From positions 165,044,001 to 165,108,000 of the forward strand of contig OX597814.1 in the NCBI GenBank assembly GCA_951406725.2: a DNA stretch of 64,000 nt, given 5' to 3'. How positions within the stretch are numbered: position 1 is the stretch's first letter; each line of letters opens with the position of its first letter. This DNA is from Octopus vulgaris (taxonomy: Eukaryota). Under the pieces are notes generated by a model, which did no database searches, was not told the origin of the DNA, and worked only from the letters and a program-made list of their open reading frames with translations. A program made the translations under genes and the position numbers. Below are positions 45,903 to 58,959 of the stretch, piece by piece.

Positions 45903-46111
45903 GTGGCTGTGCGGCGAGAAGTTTGCTTTCCAACCACATATTTTCGGGTTCGGTCCCACAACGTGGCACCTTGGGCTAGTGTCTGTAATTATAGCCTCGG
46001 GCAGACCAAAGCCTTGTGAGTGAAATTGGTAAACGGTACTGAAAGAACCCGTCGCATGTGTGTGTATGTGTGTGTGCGTGTGTTTGTGTATGAGTGTGTG
46101 TATGAGTGTGT

Positions 46112-46149
<38 letters not shown>

Positions 46150-46312
46150 GTCCCACCACTGCTTGACAACTGGTGTTGTGTTTACGTCCCCGTAAGTTAG
46201 TGGTCCGGCAAAAAAGTCCTAGGGTTGATTCATTCGACTAAAAAAAAAACTTCAAGGTGGTGCTCCAGCATGGCCGCAATCTAATGACTGAAACAAGTAA
46301 AAGGTAAAAGAG
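45903..46312 (+). mobile_element. SINE family 2 (diverged)
   Basis: Colinear with 46366-46836. Confidence 0.85.
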
Positions 46313-46365
46313 AGACAAACAGGTGAATAAGAAATCTCCGTAACCGCACACTGATTTGGATTCAT

Positions 46366-46534
46366 GGCGCAGGAGTGGCTGTGTGGTAAGTAGCTTGTTT
46401 ACCAACCACATGGTTCCGGGTTCAGTCCCACTGCGCGCTACCTACCTTGGGCAAGTGTCTTCTACTATAGCCTCGGGCCGACCAAAGCCTTGTGAGTGGA
46501 TTTGGTAGATGGAAACTGAAGGAAGCCCGTCGTA

Positions 46535-46610
<76 letters not shown>

Positions 46611-46836
46611 TGTGTGTGTTTGTGTGTCTGTGTTTGTCCCCCTAGCATTGCTTGACAACCGATGCTGGTGTGTTTATGTCCCCGTTACTTAGCGGTTCGG
46701 CAAAAGAGACCGATAGAATAAGTACTGGGCTTACAAAAGAATAAGTCCCGGGGTCGAGTTGCTTGATTAAAGGCGGTGCTCCAGCATGGCCGCAGTCAAA
46801 TGACTGAAACAAGTAAAAGAGTAAAGAGTAAAAGAG
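46366..46836 (+). mobile_element. SINE family 2, full length with internal (TA)n(TG)n
   Basis: GGCGCAGGAGTGGCTGTGTGGTAAG (A box), GGTTCAGTCCC (B box), body, microsatellite, 3' module ending in (gtaaaaga)n. Confidence 0.9.
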
Positions 46837-47325
46837 ATGTGTTGCTAATTAAGTGCAGTACGTTCTTTGTGTGTGTTTGTGTGTGTAAGTGTTGTGGATA
46901 TGTATATATTTGTGTGCAGGCGTCTACATGTGTGTATGCCTATTCGCTTTTGATATTCATGCATAATCCAACGCGTAAAGCCCTGAAGCACAAACACAAC
47001 TGACACATCCGCCCCGAAGATATCGTCTCTGAGATGGATATAATTTGCACACCGGATCGTTGTGACTTATATACGAGCCTAAAGATATGGCAATGAGATA
47101 AAGAAAGAACAGTAACGAAAAACAATAGCATTAACAGCGACAGAAATATGAATGACAGATTTAATTCCAAACTCAACACCAAAGGTGAAGACAGCAACAA
47201 TAAGTTCCAGTTTATATCTTTATGCATATATGAGTTTGTTTGTGTGTGTGAGTGTGCGTGTATGTTTGTACTATATGGTTTGCGTGTATGAAATATTTCT
47301 ATGTATCAATATATTTATATATGTA

Positions 47326-47542
47326 AGGCGGCGAGCTGGCAGAGACGTTAGCACGCCGGGCGATATGCTTAGTGGTATTTCGTCTGCCGTTACATTGTGA
47401 GTTCAAATTCCGCCGAGGTCGACTTTGCCTTCCATCCTTTCGGGAGTCAATTAAATAAGTACCATTTACGCACCGGGGTCGATGTAATCGACTTAATCCC
47501 TTTGTCTGTCCTTGTTTGTCCCCTCTGTGTTTAGCCCCCTGT
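47326..47542 (+). mobile_element. SINE family 1
   Basis: GGCGGCGAGCTGGCAGAGACGTTAGC head, GAGTTCAAATTCC B box, gccttccatcctttcgg..agtacca central domain. Confidence 0.9.
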
Positions 47543-47651
47543 AAATATAAATATATTTATATATATGTGTATGTTTAGGTATGTGTGTAAAATATTTAAA
47601 TACATATATATTTGTTTATTTATATACATGCATTTATGCTGGTGTGTGTAT

Positions 47652-47687
<36 letters not shown>

Positions 47688-48756
47688 TCACTCACATACG
47701 TACATATATGCATGCATACACAAAAATCAAACCAGACTCTAAAAAATATGGCAGTAGGAAGTCTCCTCTTACATTAAGACAATATCTCACAAAGCATACA
47801 TAATTTTGTTTTGAGTTCTGCTGTATTGTACATAAAATATTGTTTAATTAATGACGAGTTGTCGAAAGCACAAATATACAAATAATCCATTACGGTACTA
47901 GTCTAATTTATGACTGCTTTATAAAACAGCTGATTTATGGTGTTGTCTCGGGAAGGGGGCCGAGAAAGTTTTCTTGCTCAACAGACCGGTAAGTAGACCT
48001 CCAGAAGACACCCACCTGCTTGCTTTGCCCGTACATTGATAACATAGGAAAAAAGCGCTTGCATTATTTCACCCGAGTGAGTCTTTGTAATATCTAAATT
48101 TATTTCAGCTCCTTTGATTAACGATGTGTTGCACGCTACATATATGTGAGTTTGCATATGTGTATGTATGAGGCGTAAGTGTATGTATAAGTGCGTGCGA
48201 GTGTGTGTGTGTTGTATATGTGTGTGTGCGTGCGTGTGTGTGTGTGTATTAACTCAATATTACACACACGCATACATATACAATTATATTAAACACTTAT
48301 AATAGAAAATTGTATTATCTGTAATGCAATATGTAAAGAATATTGACATAATGCATGATTCACATTCTCTTTAATCGGTGCTTGGGTGTAGCAGAAGATC
48401 ACTTCTTTGATACGATCAGTGATTGTGTAGAACAAGTCTAGATTGTTATCAACCGATCGGACGATATTTAGAAAGTTTCTGATTACAGAGGTGGTGCCAA
48501 TTTGACGTGATGAGTCAAACATTTTTTGTATGACACCTGCATGCGAAAGGTTAAGACTGATGCGCTACGGTATCACTATTAGAAGTGACAGCAAGTTAAT
48601 TTCCGAAAGAACAGCCAGTAAGACATAAATAAGTAATCGCTATAACAGCGTATGTAATGGTACGGTACACACACGCACTATCACATTTGTTATTCAATTA
48701 TGCATCACTGACTGCCCCACTCCTAAATTAACGACAAGCTCACTGTCACCTCTAAC

Positions 48757-48819
<63 letters not shown>

Positions 48820-48861
48820 GTAGATGACCCCTCTACTCATCATACTTAACCTTCCGCATAT

Positions 48862-49058
48862 TCTTTCTGCTATTATGCACAAGGCTTAAAGTTTTGGGAG
48901 AAAGAGTTAGGCGATTACCCCGACCCCAGTGCTCAACTGGTACTTATTTCATCTACCGACGAAACGATGAAAAGCAAAGTCAACCTCGGTGGGATTTGAA
49001 CTTAGACGAGATGCCTTTGAGCATTTTGTCCAGCGTGCTAACGATTCTGCCGACTCAT
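48862..49058 (-). mobile_element. SINE family 1 (diverged)
   Basis: Reverse-complement match to the family 1 body and tail. Confidence 0.75.
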
Positions 49059-50394
49059 CATACAGGTGTCATATACATGGCTGTTTGATTGATCACGTCG
49101 AATAGACACCAACTCTGAAATCAAAATATCAAGGGAACATTATCTAGTCTCTTTCAATAGCAAATATTCATAGTCACATACATACACACAGAGGGAGAGA
49201 GTGAGAGACATAAGGTTGCGAACCAAACCAGAAGTTATGTTATAGACAGACAGATTTTACACAAATTATGATACTGATTACCCTGGAGCCCAACTTGGCT
49301 ATCGTTGCCAGTTTCTTAAGCCTCTACACATAAAATTAATACAAAATTAATACAAATGTTGAGGACCAGAATTTATTGATGCTTCTTGTCAGTCTCATGT
49401 ATACATTGGAGGTATAGAGGATGTCATAATGATGCCTCTACGATTCCATTAAAAGTTGAGGGCAAAAGTAAGCAAGCATGCAAAGACTGAGACATTTGTA
49501 CAACTCTTTATAATACTTCTTCTCCATCTCTCTCTCCCTCTCTTGCTCTCTCCTTCTCCAGTTCCCTCACTATTACCCCTTTCTCTCTCTCCCTCTTTCT
49601 CTCTCTTTCTTCCGCCTCTCTCAGCACAAACACTGCTTTCTCCTCCCTTATACCTATAGCATCAGAGAAAAGGAAACGAATAAACAAAAAGAAAAAAGAG
49701 GCACGTGACGTGGCATTTTATAACATTGATTGTTAGTTATGGTTGAACGCTGAATACATGTTTACATTTCAAACAAAGCAAAACGTGCATACATAGTTTA
49801 TATGTGGGAGAAAATGGAAATGTAAATACTTGGTGGCGCTTCTTGCTGACATCTGGCTTTGTTTAAAATGTAAACATGTATTTGTGATACAATCTCACGT
49901 CAGGCAACAATAAATGGGATTTAATTAGAGATTTTGTGATGCTTCTCGATCTTAATAACCATCATTACCTTCATAGACGCTAACTTCCGAAACTATCTTC
50001 TTACCAACCTCATCACTACCACAACCGATACCGCCGCCTCAACAATGCATTCTAAGGGCCAACTGGGGAATCTTTACGTAACAACTCAAACTGCTAGAAA
50101 TAGTAATCAAATCTCCTTCAAATCATAAGTCATAGTGATTTGGGCGATATAGTTCTTAATAAGAAGAAAAAACAAAACAAAACAAAACAAAGTATCACAG
50201 GATAATCACGTCCAAAACAACACCTTTGATCAAATGTCTGCTCAACCAGGATTGACCTGGGGTTAAACAACAGTGCATTCTTAACATTATCTTAATGGAC
50301 ACTTCCACGACTACCTTTACCGTGAATACTAACCCCCACCTACACTAGCGCCACCTTCATTCATGCAGCAACACTATCATATTCGCGGTCAGTA

Positions 50395-51350
50395 ACTCCA
50401 CCACCACCACCACCACCATCATCACCACAATCACCACCGCCGCCGCTACCGCCACCACCATCACCACAACCACCACCGCCGCCGTTACCGCCACCACCAC
50501 CCACCACCACCACAACCGCCACTACTAACAGACACTACATTCCAGCGCTACCTCAATTTCCCATTGCCAACAACAAAACACCATCACCACTACTACCATT
50601 ACAACCAGCGCCACCACTACCATCACCGCCACCACCATCACCACCACCACCACCACTACCACCACACCACTATCATCACAACACCCACCACCACCACTAC
50701 CATAACAATCACCACCATTTCCGCACCATCACCACCATCACCACCACCACCACCACTACAAACACCACTACGACTACTACCTCCACCACCACTACTACCG
50801 CACCATCACCACTACCACTAGCACCACTATCAACACCACCATCACCACCACCACCACCACAAACACCAATACGACTACTAGCACCACCACCACTACCATA
50901 AGCATTACCACCACTACCGTACCATTACCACCATCATTATTAGCATTACTGATTGCGACCACCACCACTAACACCACCATCCCTACAATAGCACCACTAT
51001 CACCACCGCCATCACCAACACCATTACAATACCACTACAACTACTACTACTACCACCACCACCACCACCACCATAACCGTCACCACCACTACTGCACCAT
51101 CACCACTACGACAGTACAACTATCCCCACAACCATCACCACCACCATTACAGATTACGACCACCACTACCACTAACACCATCACCATCACCACCACCACT
51201 ACGACTACGACGACGACCACCACCACCACAACCACCACCATGCCTTTTCCAAACAAACCCTACGGAGTCTACCACTGTCATCACTACCATCTCAATTACC
51301 CTCAGCAAAGTTCCCCACTATACCATTCCACCACCACCACCGCCAGCGAT
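50395..51350. repeat. Degenerate (ACC)n/(ACT)n low-complexity tract
   Basis: Visible imperfect trinucleotide repeats. Confidence 0.9.
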
Positions 51351-51885
51351 TCCGCGTAACGACCCTACCACCGCCCGTCAGTGGTAAATCAGTTCCTTTC
51401 AGCTAGTTCTCTAAATAGTACTTCATTGTTCATTCGTTATTAACCGAAGTTATCTATTTCTTGTCATAGACGGTCCCTTATCAGTATGGGGGGGTACGGG
51501 TGAGGACCACTGACAACTTGTGTTCCCCTTCCTCCAACCACCTTACCTTACACTAGCCCCTACCAACGCACATTCCCATACTCGCTTCTGTAACGGACAA
51601 ATTAAGAAGTGAGCCGTGCAAACATCAGATAAATTATGCCATAGTCCTTTATTTTTTTCTAGTTAAAAGAAAAACGTGACACATAAACATATTAGTATAT
51701 TCACACACACACGCACACACACATATGTATACACACATGACACTGACACACACACGCACACACGCACACACTTATACAGGGACTTTACCCATAAAATGTG
51801 TACGTATGCATATATATGTATGTATGTATTTGTGCCCATGTGTGTGTGTATGTATATATGTATGTGTATATATATATACACATAC

Positions 51886-51945
<60 letters not shown>

Positions 51946-51948
<3 letters not shown>

Positions 51949-52123
51949 GAGAATTCACACAAAAAAAAAAACAAAAGCCGAAGACAGGTGGTGTAGACAA
52001 CAAGCAGATGTATTAGTTTAACGATCGGGAAGTGAAGAAGTCTTTAACGTTTCGAGCCAACGCTCTTCCACAGAAAAGAACACAGAAAGAAACAAGGAGA
52101 GAAAATAAAGAATGTGTAGTGGC
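51946..52123 (-). mobile_element. Copy of the short hammerhead-like PLE family
   Basis: Minus strand TTT-CTGTGGA-A-GAGC-GTTG-GCTC-GAAA-CG-TT-AAAG at 52042-52076; ends at (TA)n. Confidence 0.75.
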
Positions 52124-52159
52124 TGAATAACAAGAAGTTGATTGTTATTACCGTAAGGT

Positions 52160-52600
52160 GAGATGCGATTGGTCGAGGACGATCACGCAGTGACGCGGTT
52201 TGATATTGGTATATGGGTAACAGTTAGTTGGAAAATACCGCATGGTAAATAGGAAATCAACCGTGTGGTGGAGAGGAAATCTGTCGGGTTGTTAGCAGCT
52301 CTTCTTGTTTGTTCTCGTTGTCCTGTTTGTGTTACCAATTTTGACCCTCCGCAAAATCCCAAGTTTTATTTGATTTGCTTGGCGGGAGCAACTGTTTTAC
52401 AGAAAGCGTATATTGTTGTTAAATTCTCGCAATACGAGAGTATAAAAACAGCCAACAACTGATGAAGGGTCGTTCTTTATGATGTCTTGTTTTCCATTTG
52501 TGTCTTTCGTTGTTCTAAAAATTAGTTAATATTCCATGTACTCGTACTTCGTATTTTTTTTGTTGTACACGTTTGATGACGTCCTATGCCCACATATGCA
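52160..52600 (+). mobile_element. PLE-like terminal repeat homologous to 1140-1470
   Basis: Shared blocks gtcctgtt..ttac..accc.c.gc.aaa..ttttatt.gatttgctt and ctga.gaagggt..gtcct..ca.atatgc; two upstream ATTGG boxes; ends at (TA)n. Confidence 0.6.
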
Positions 52601-52687
52601 TATATATATATATATGTATGTATGTATGTGTGTGTGTGTGTATAATGTACGTCTAGATGTCAGTATGTACATGTACGTATGTATATA

Positions 52688-52790
<103 letters not shown>

Positions 52791-52824
52791 TGAACGCCAC
52801 ACATCCATTTCCAAGTAAATATAT

Positions 52825-52988
52825 ATACGACAGGCTTCTTTCAGTTTCTGCCTACCAAATCCATTCACAAAGCTTTAGTCGGCCCGAGGCTAAAACAGAA
52901 GACACTTACCCAAGGTGCCACGCAGTGGGACTGAACTCGGAACCATGTGGTTGAGAAGTAAGCTTCTTACCACACACCCACTCCTGCG
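52825..52988 (-). mobile_element. SINE family 2, 5' module
   Basis: Reverse complement of 46366-46535. Confidence 0.85.
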
Positions 52989-53479
52989 ACTATATATATG
53001 TGGTTGTGTGTATGTATGTATATAAAGTCGTGACTATGTGGTTAAAAGATTTCTTCCCAGTCATATGATTCCAGGTTCGGTCCCACTGCGTGGCACTTCA
53101 TATATATATATATATAATAAACATTTGAAAAGCCCCGTAGACACAAATAGATATAAGCTTAGATTTACTTAGATTTATATTAATACCGAAAAAGATATTG
53201 AAGAGACTCTAAAGTAAAAGACTGAAGGCGGAGTCAGTTGCCGGAAATATATAATGTATTATGTTTCGTTTAACACGTTTTATAATGCGAAACATAATGT
53301 ACAATTTCAATATATTCCCAAACAGTCTTAGAAATAACGTACACACACACATATAAATATAATACATATATATGTGACTGTGTGTGTAAATGTTTGTGAG
53401 TCTATGTGCGTGTATTTGTTTGTGCGTGTGTGTGTGTACAAGTGTGTGTGTGATAATTTTATAGTGAAACGCAGACACA

Positions 53480-53890
53480 CTCGTAGAATCGGATTAGTAA
53501 TTAGCTGCGACTAATAGATCAAACGTGCTGTCTGTTGATGTTTAAGTGCATTTGTGAATCGATTGTCCTTCAATATGTGCGGTAAAAGTTGTTGAGGTGT
53601 TGCGCGTTACTCCTTAATATTTCTGTCTCCTATGTAGATAGTGAACTAGGCAGCTGCTACTTCCCGTCTGTCATTTTGCGGTCTGTTTTGTAGATGATTG
53701 ATGCATGATTGGAGTAGTTGCACAGTTTTGTCTGGAGAATGATGAAAGATATGTCTATGACACCATCTGCTGACGAAGAAGTCCATATAGTTATCAGGAG
53801 TATGAAAAGTTGGTTCAGATATAGTTTTAAAAATGTGGACGAGAGTGTGGATCCTGGGGCATTCCATTTCAGAAATCACAGGTTCTGAAT
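53480..53890 (-). pseudogene. Decayed LINE reverse transcriptase fragment
   Basis: Frameshifted GMPQ/GSTLSSTFLKLYLNQL...SSADG matches the GVPQGS.LSP.LF.LY...YADD motifs. Confidence 0.6.
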
Positions 53891-54238
53891 GTGTTGATGC
53901 AAATCATTTATACTTCAAAGCATGACAGCCACTTCGTTATTCATCGTCTTGAATTACTTAAGGAAATGTTTAGTATTTTGTTTATAAATAGTGCATGAAG
54001 TTATTGACCATTTGTTCGCTATTTTGTTACTTTTATTGGTGTCAAACATTCTATATAAGTTTCTTAGGTACCATTTTGGTTGAGTATAATGACCTAAGTC
54101 AGTGTATCAGTGATCCGTTTTTTGTTAGGTTTTAACATTTATGCCACTTTACAAACTCCTCAGATTTGGCGGTAGCAGTATCGTTAGTCGAAGATATTGA
54201 TGAATGCAATAATTCAGGCTCTATGCATTTAAACTTTA

Positions 54239-54426
54239 CCGTATTTCATGGATTGTAAAATACGCTATGAAAAAGATCTCAGTCTATGAAAAATATCTGT
54301 TTTGATAGCACATTTTTGAAACATCACTTACCAGTAACCCAAACCCTAATCTTGTTTTTATAAGTCATACGCAAACTTCCTGGGACCATTTTTGGAAAAA
54401 GTGCGCTTTATAATCTGTAAAATGTT
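54239..54426. mobile_element. Small Tc1/mariner-superfamily MITE
   Basis: TA-CCGTATTTCATGGATTGTAAAATACGC ... GCGCTTTATAATCTGTAAAAT degenerate TIRs. Confidence 0.55.
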
Positions 54427-55049
54427 AATTTTAATCAGTCCCTGGTGCTTTGAAGCATTACAGTTCCCTATCGCTTTTAAAGTATAACGAGAGGTTGAAG
54501 TCAAAGTTTGTATCTACGTGTCGTCTGTAAAGAACATTTTATATGTATGTGGGATAAAATTTTGTATTTATGCGGGCATAAAATTATGAGAGCAGCACTT
54601 CAACATAATTAAATTCATATCTAGTTACCTACAACGCTATCAAACACAATCATATTCATAATATATACACGTATTCGTACAGTGGACATCATAAATTCAT
54701 GCTTGAAATATAGATATTTTCTAAGAGCTCAAATATGAGCGATAATTAAAATACAGTAAGATAAAAAGAAAATTAATAAGTGTTTAAAATAGGTGATAAA
54801 AATTCGTTTGGTATTACATTTATTTTTTTCAAAAAATTTTCTGTAGTTTTAATTTTAATGACCCTAATGTTTAATACTACAAATAAATAATTGCAAAATT
54901 CTGCTCAGATTCATTTTCATCCAGGCGAGATCAATATATTTTTGATAGTATTACGCCAGTCACGATATTACAGAGGGAAAGTGATCGAGATCGAGTTTAT
55001 CACTTTTTAAGATGGGCTTACATTGCTCAGTTACACGAGTTGGGCGTTC

Positions 55050-55560
55050 GCTACATGAATGTTTCTTAGCGATGTCTATGCAGCGAAGTATGATGATTCT
55101 TCTTGTATGAAGATTGTTGCAACTTACAACTATGCTAGCAGTTATTATGGCCACTCAAGGATGGCCGAACTAAGAATATCTCCTCAGAAGACAGAAAATT
55201 TCCAGACCATCAGAGACCAGCCGCAACCAAGTCTATTGGATATGCACAACAGATTCAAACTATTGGCGATGCGAGTTCGCAGATGGTTTAACCGATCTGG
55301 AATAAGTAGGTACTTCGATCGTAAAAAGGCTTATCATTCGTTAAAAAGTACACCTTGAGATCGTTTAGGTCTGGCACCGACTGGAATTATGTGGAATGGA
55401 CGGATGAATTCAAATTGACCCGATTCAGATTTGATTATATAAGTGCGTGAAACTTTGTGCAGGCAATAAATTTGTTCTCACGTATAGAGTATCGTAAAGG
55501 GAGGCAAGGCAGTGCTATGGTCTGGGATGTTGTTTTTTTTCTGTTAAGGTTGTAATTCCT
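55050..55560 (+). pseudogene. Decayed Tc1-like transposase
   Basis: WNYVEWTDEFKL and KGRQGSAMVWD match the Tc1 W..V.WTDESKF and GGGSVMVWG motifs. Confidence 0.65.
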
Positions 55561-55954
55561 AGTCATTGCATCACCAGCACCACAAATAAAAAAAGTGGTG
55601 CATCACTAGAGACGTCCATTTTCTTTATTCTAATCCTTATTTGCCGTTCAAATATATTCAACACCTCCGAATTTCAACAATCTTTGTTGTATATCAAAGA
55701 ACCCTGAAAACAATCTGCTGTTTCTTGTTACCAGAACCTGATTGATTTTTCAGTTTTATAGACGATAAAGAGAATCATACTTGATATTGACATGTGATTA
55801 TATTTTGCTCACTAGGTGACGTTTTGTTCGTAATGTTTTCACTTCTAGTTCTAAGTATATGACATTTGATACTTTAACATAACTAATAAAGAGATTTTAA
55901 TAAAATTCTTAATGGAGAACTAAATAATCAAGTCTAGTTCATCCACTCTATTCA

Positions 55955-56466
55955 TCTATATATATAAAACTGTAGTTGTGTGAGTGTCTGTCCCCTTCGA
56001 TTTAGATTCCTAACTACTCCCACATTTTGCGGTGCAGTTTAACCAAATTCGGGTATCTTATAGTCGTAATTCATATCGAGCCCGTTTGAGTATTAGCGCG
56101 CGTCTACGATGAGTCTACGATTTTAAAAATAATTTAACATCATTTTTTATTCCATTTTAATGCATAATTTTTCGTGTGTCGATGGCGGCGGAGTTGGCGT
56201 CCACGGTCACACCTGCACCTGTTTGCTTCTCCCCTTCTTCCCTCCCTCGTGAAGCTGTGGGGAAGGGTGTGTAAGGAAATCAACGTCGTAAAGCGTTGTC
56301 AAGGAGACCAGCGTTCTTTTAGAACAACGACTTCATGGCTTGAAGACACCAAAACAGAAATGGCTAAGAAAGCCCGAATTGGCATATATAAGGGAAGTAA
56401 CTCTCTAAAAATGCTTATATAGTTATTTCCCTTACAAACCCGAGCAACGCCGGGCGATACTGCTAG
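55955..56466 (+). mobile_element. Non-autonomous Helitron
   Basis: A|TCTATATATATAAAA start; CCCG-AGCAACGC-CGGG hairpin; CTAG|T end. Confidence 0.85.
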
Positions 56467-56560
56467 TAAATTATGAAATTATTCAAGTTTAAAAATTCAG
56501 CCCTATAGTTTTAAACGAATGGCGGACATTGTAATGTTTATTATTATTATTATCATCATT

Positions 56561-57250
56561 AAGGCAGTGATCTGGCAAAATCGTTAGCGCGCCGGGGAAA
56601 ATTATTCTTTTCTACTCTAGGCACAAGGCCCGAAATTTTGGGGGAGGGTCCATTCGATTAGATTGACCCCAATTCGCAACTGGTACTTAATTTATCGATA
56701 CCGAAAGGATGAAAGGCATAGTCGACATCGGTGGAATTTGAACTCAGAACGTTAAGACAAGCGAAATACCGCAAAGCATTGCACTTGGCATGCTAACCTT
56801 TCTGCCAGCTCACCGGGTAAAATGATTAGCAGCATTTCGTCCGTCCTTGCGGTCTGAGTTCAAATTCCACCGAGGTCGACTTTGCCTTTCATCCTTTGGA
56901 GGTCGATAAATTAAGTACCAGTTGAGTACCAGGGTCGATATAATCGACTACTTCCCTCTCATCAACTTTCAGGCCTTGTGCCTTTATTAGAAATAATTAT
57001 TATAATTATTAAAGGGACAGTATATATTTCTTTACTGCCCACAAGGGGCTAAACAAAGAGGGGACAAACAAGGACAGACAGAGGGATTAAGTTGATTACA
57101 TCAACCCCACTGCGTAACTGGTACTTAATTTATCGACCCCGAAAGGATGAAAGGCAAAGTCGACCTTGGCGGAATTTGAACTCAGAACGTAACAACAGAC
57201 GAAATACCGCTAAGCATTTCGCCCAGCGCGCTAACGCTTCTGCCAGCTCC
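56561..57250. mobile_element. Nested SINE family 1 cluster (3 copies)
   Basis: Plus copy 56561-56995 interrupted by a minus copy at ~56606-56813; a further minus copy at 57026-57250. Confidence 0.85.
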
Positions 57251-57989
57251 AGTATAACCGATTCAATTGGCTTTACACCTCCTTTTCGACAACTATGTGT
57301 ATGTTATGAATAAATGTTATGAATAAATGGAGCTATAATATATTTAAAATACCACAGCCGTAGTTGTAACTGCCACTGCTGGTTGTTATTCCTGCCTGAA
57401 AATTAATTTTACGTCTGATTACAAAATAGATTCGGTTGTGATTCAACAAAACTTTTAAAATGAAATGGTTTTCTATATTTTTAGCTTAATATATATTGTT
57501 GGTGTTTAATACGCTTTGAAAGTAATGCGCTTTGTGAAAGAATATCTGTAAGATTCTCGCCCCGCTAGACATCATTACAACTACTGTCCGAACATTATTT
57601 TGCAGCTGATTCCTTTATTATACAAATTTAGTCTAGTGAGAGAAGGTGGAGGGGGGGTAGGATTTTTCTTTTAAATATTTTTTTACACTAATCAAGAAAA
57701 CCGTTTATCATGTTTCAGAAAATGGTTTTGAAATCAAAGAAGAAAATGTTTGTGATTATTTTCAAAAAGAAGAAAATAATTGCTGAGATTCCAGTCTTGA
57801 GGACATGAGGAATTTATTGAAAAACAAAATTTTCTTTTAATGATTTTTTTTTTAATCTTCGTAGTAAATTGTTTGTTTACGTCTTACGTTGTTGACTTGT
57901 TCCATATGTAAACGATGCTTAGCCTTGATATTATTATTGTTGTTGTTATTATCATTACCATTATTGTTATTACCTTTATTATTATTGAT

Positions 57990-58798
57990 AAAGCGGTGAG
58001 CAAGCAAAATAATTGCCACGCTAGACAAAACGCTAAGCGGGCATTTTGCCCGTCATTACGTCCTGAGTTCAAATTCCGACTTTGCCTTTCATAATTTTAG
58101 ATCGATGAAATAAGTACCAGTTCAACACTGGGGTCGGTTTAATCGATTAGTCTCCTCCTCCTAAAATGTCAGGCGTTCTACCTAAAATAGAAAGAATTAT
58201 TAATAATGGTTTCAAATTTTGTCACAAGGGCAGCAATTACATCGACCCCAGTGTTCAACTGGTACTTATTTTATCGACTCCGAAAGGATGGAAGGTAAAG
58301 TCGACCGCGGCTGAATTTGAACTCAGAACGTAATGACAGGCAAAATACCTATTTCTTTACTACCCACAAGAGGCTACACACAGAGAGGACATTTAAGGAC
58401 AGACAAACGGATTAAGTCGATTATATCGACTCCAGTTCGTATCTGGTACTTATTTAATCGACCCCGAAAGGATGAAAGGCAAAGTCGACCTCGGCGAAAT
58501 TTGAACTCAGAACGTAGTGGCAGACGAAATACCGCTAAGCATTTCGTCCGGCGTACTAACGATTCTGCCGGCTCGCCAAGGCAGTGAGCTGATAAGATCG
58601 TGAGCACACCAGACAAAATGCTTAGCAGCATTTCATCCATTTTTACATTCTGAGTTCAATTTCCACCGAAGTTGACATCGCCTTTTGATCTCTTCGAGTC
58701 GACGAAAGAAGTACCAGTTGAGAAGTGGGAACGATGTTATCAACTAATCCCATCCCTCCCGCCCTCAAAATATCAGGCCTTGTGCCTATAACAGAAAG
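57990..58798. mobile_element. SINE family 1 cluster (plus, minus dimer, plus)
   Basis: 57990-58195 (+), 58205-58577 (- dimer), 58579-58798 (+). Confidence 0.85.
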
Positions 58799-58837
58799 GC
58801 TCATCAATACTACTACTGCTATTATTACCACTACGAT

Positions 58838-58913
<76 letters not shown>

Positions 58914-58959
58914 ACTGCTACTACTACTATCAATATTATTACGCTAGTGCAAGCTAATT

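Noticed and set aside
46366-46440. tRNA gene calls for SINE heads (also 2210, 9824, 15007, 47326)
   Set aside because: A and B boxes are present, but there is no complete cloverleaf and each continues into a repeated SINE body.
50564-50821. His/Thr/Pro-rich ORF resembling a mucin or extensin
   Set aside because: It lies in a degenerate (ACC)n tract with stops in neighbouring frames and no splice support.
51445-51492. Minus-strand CTGATAA...GAAA motif
   Set aside because: G8 is absent, stem II is only 3 bp, and there is no stem I complementarity.
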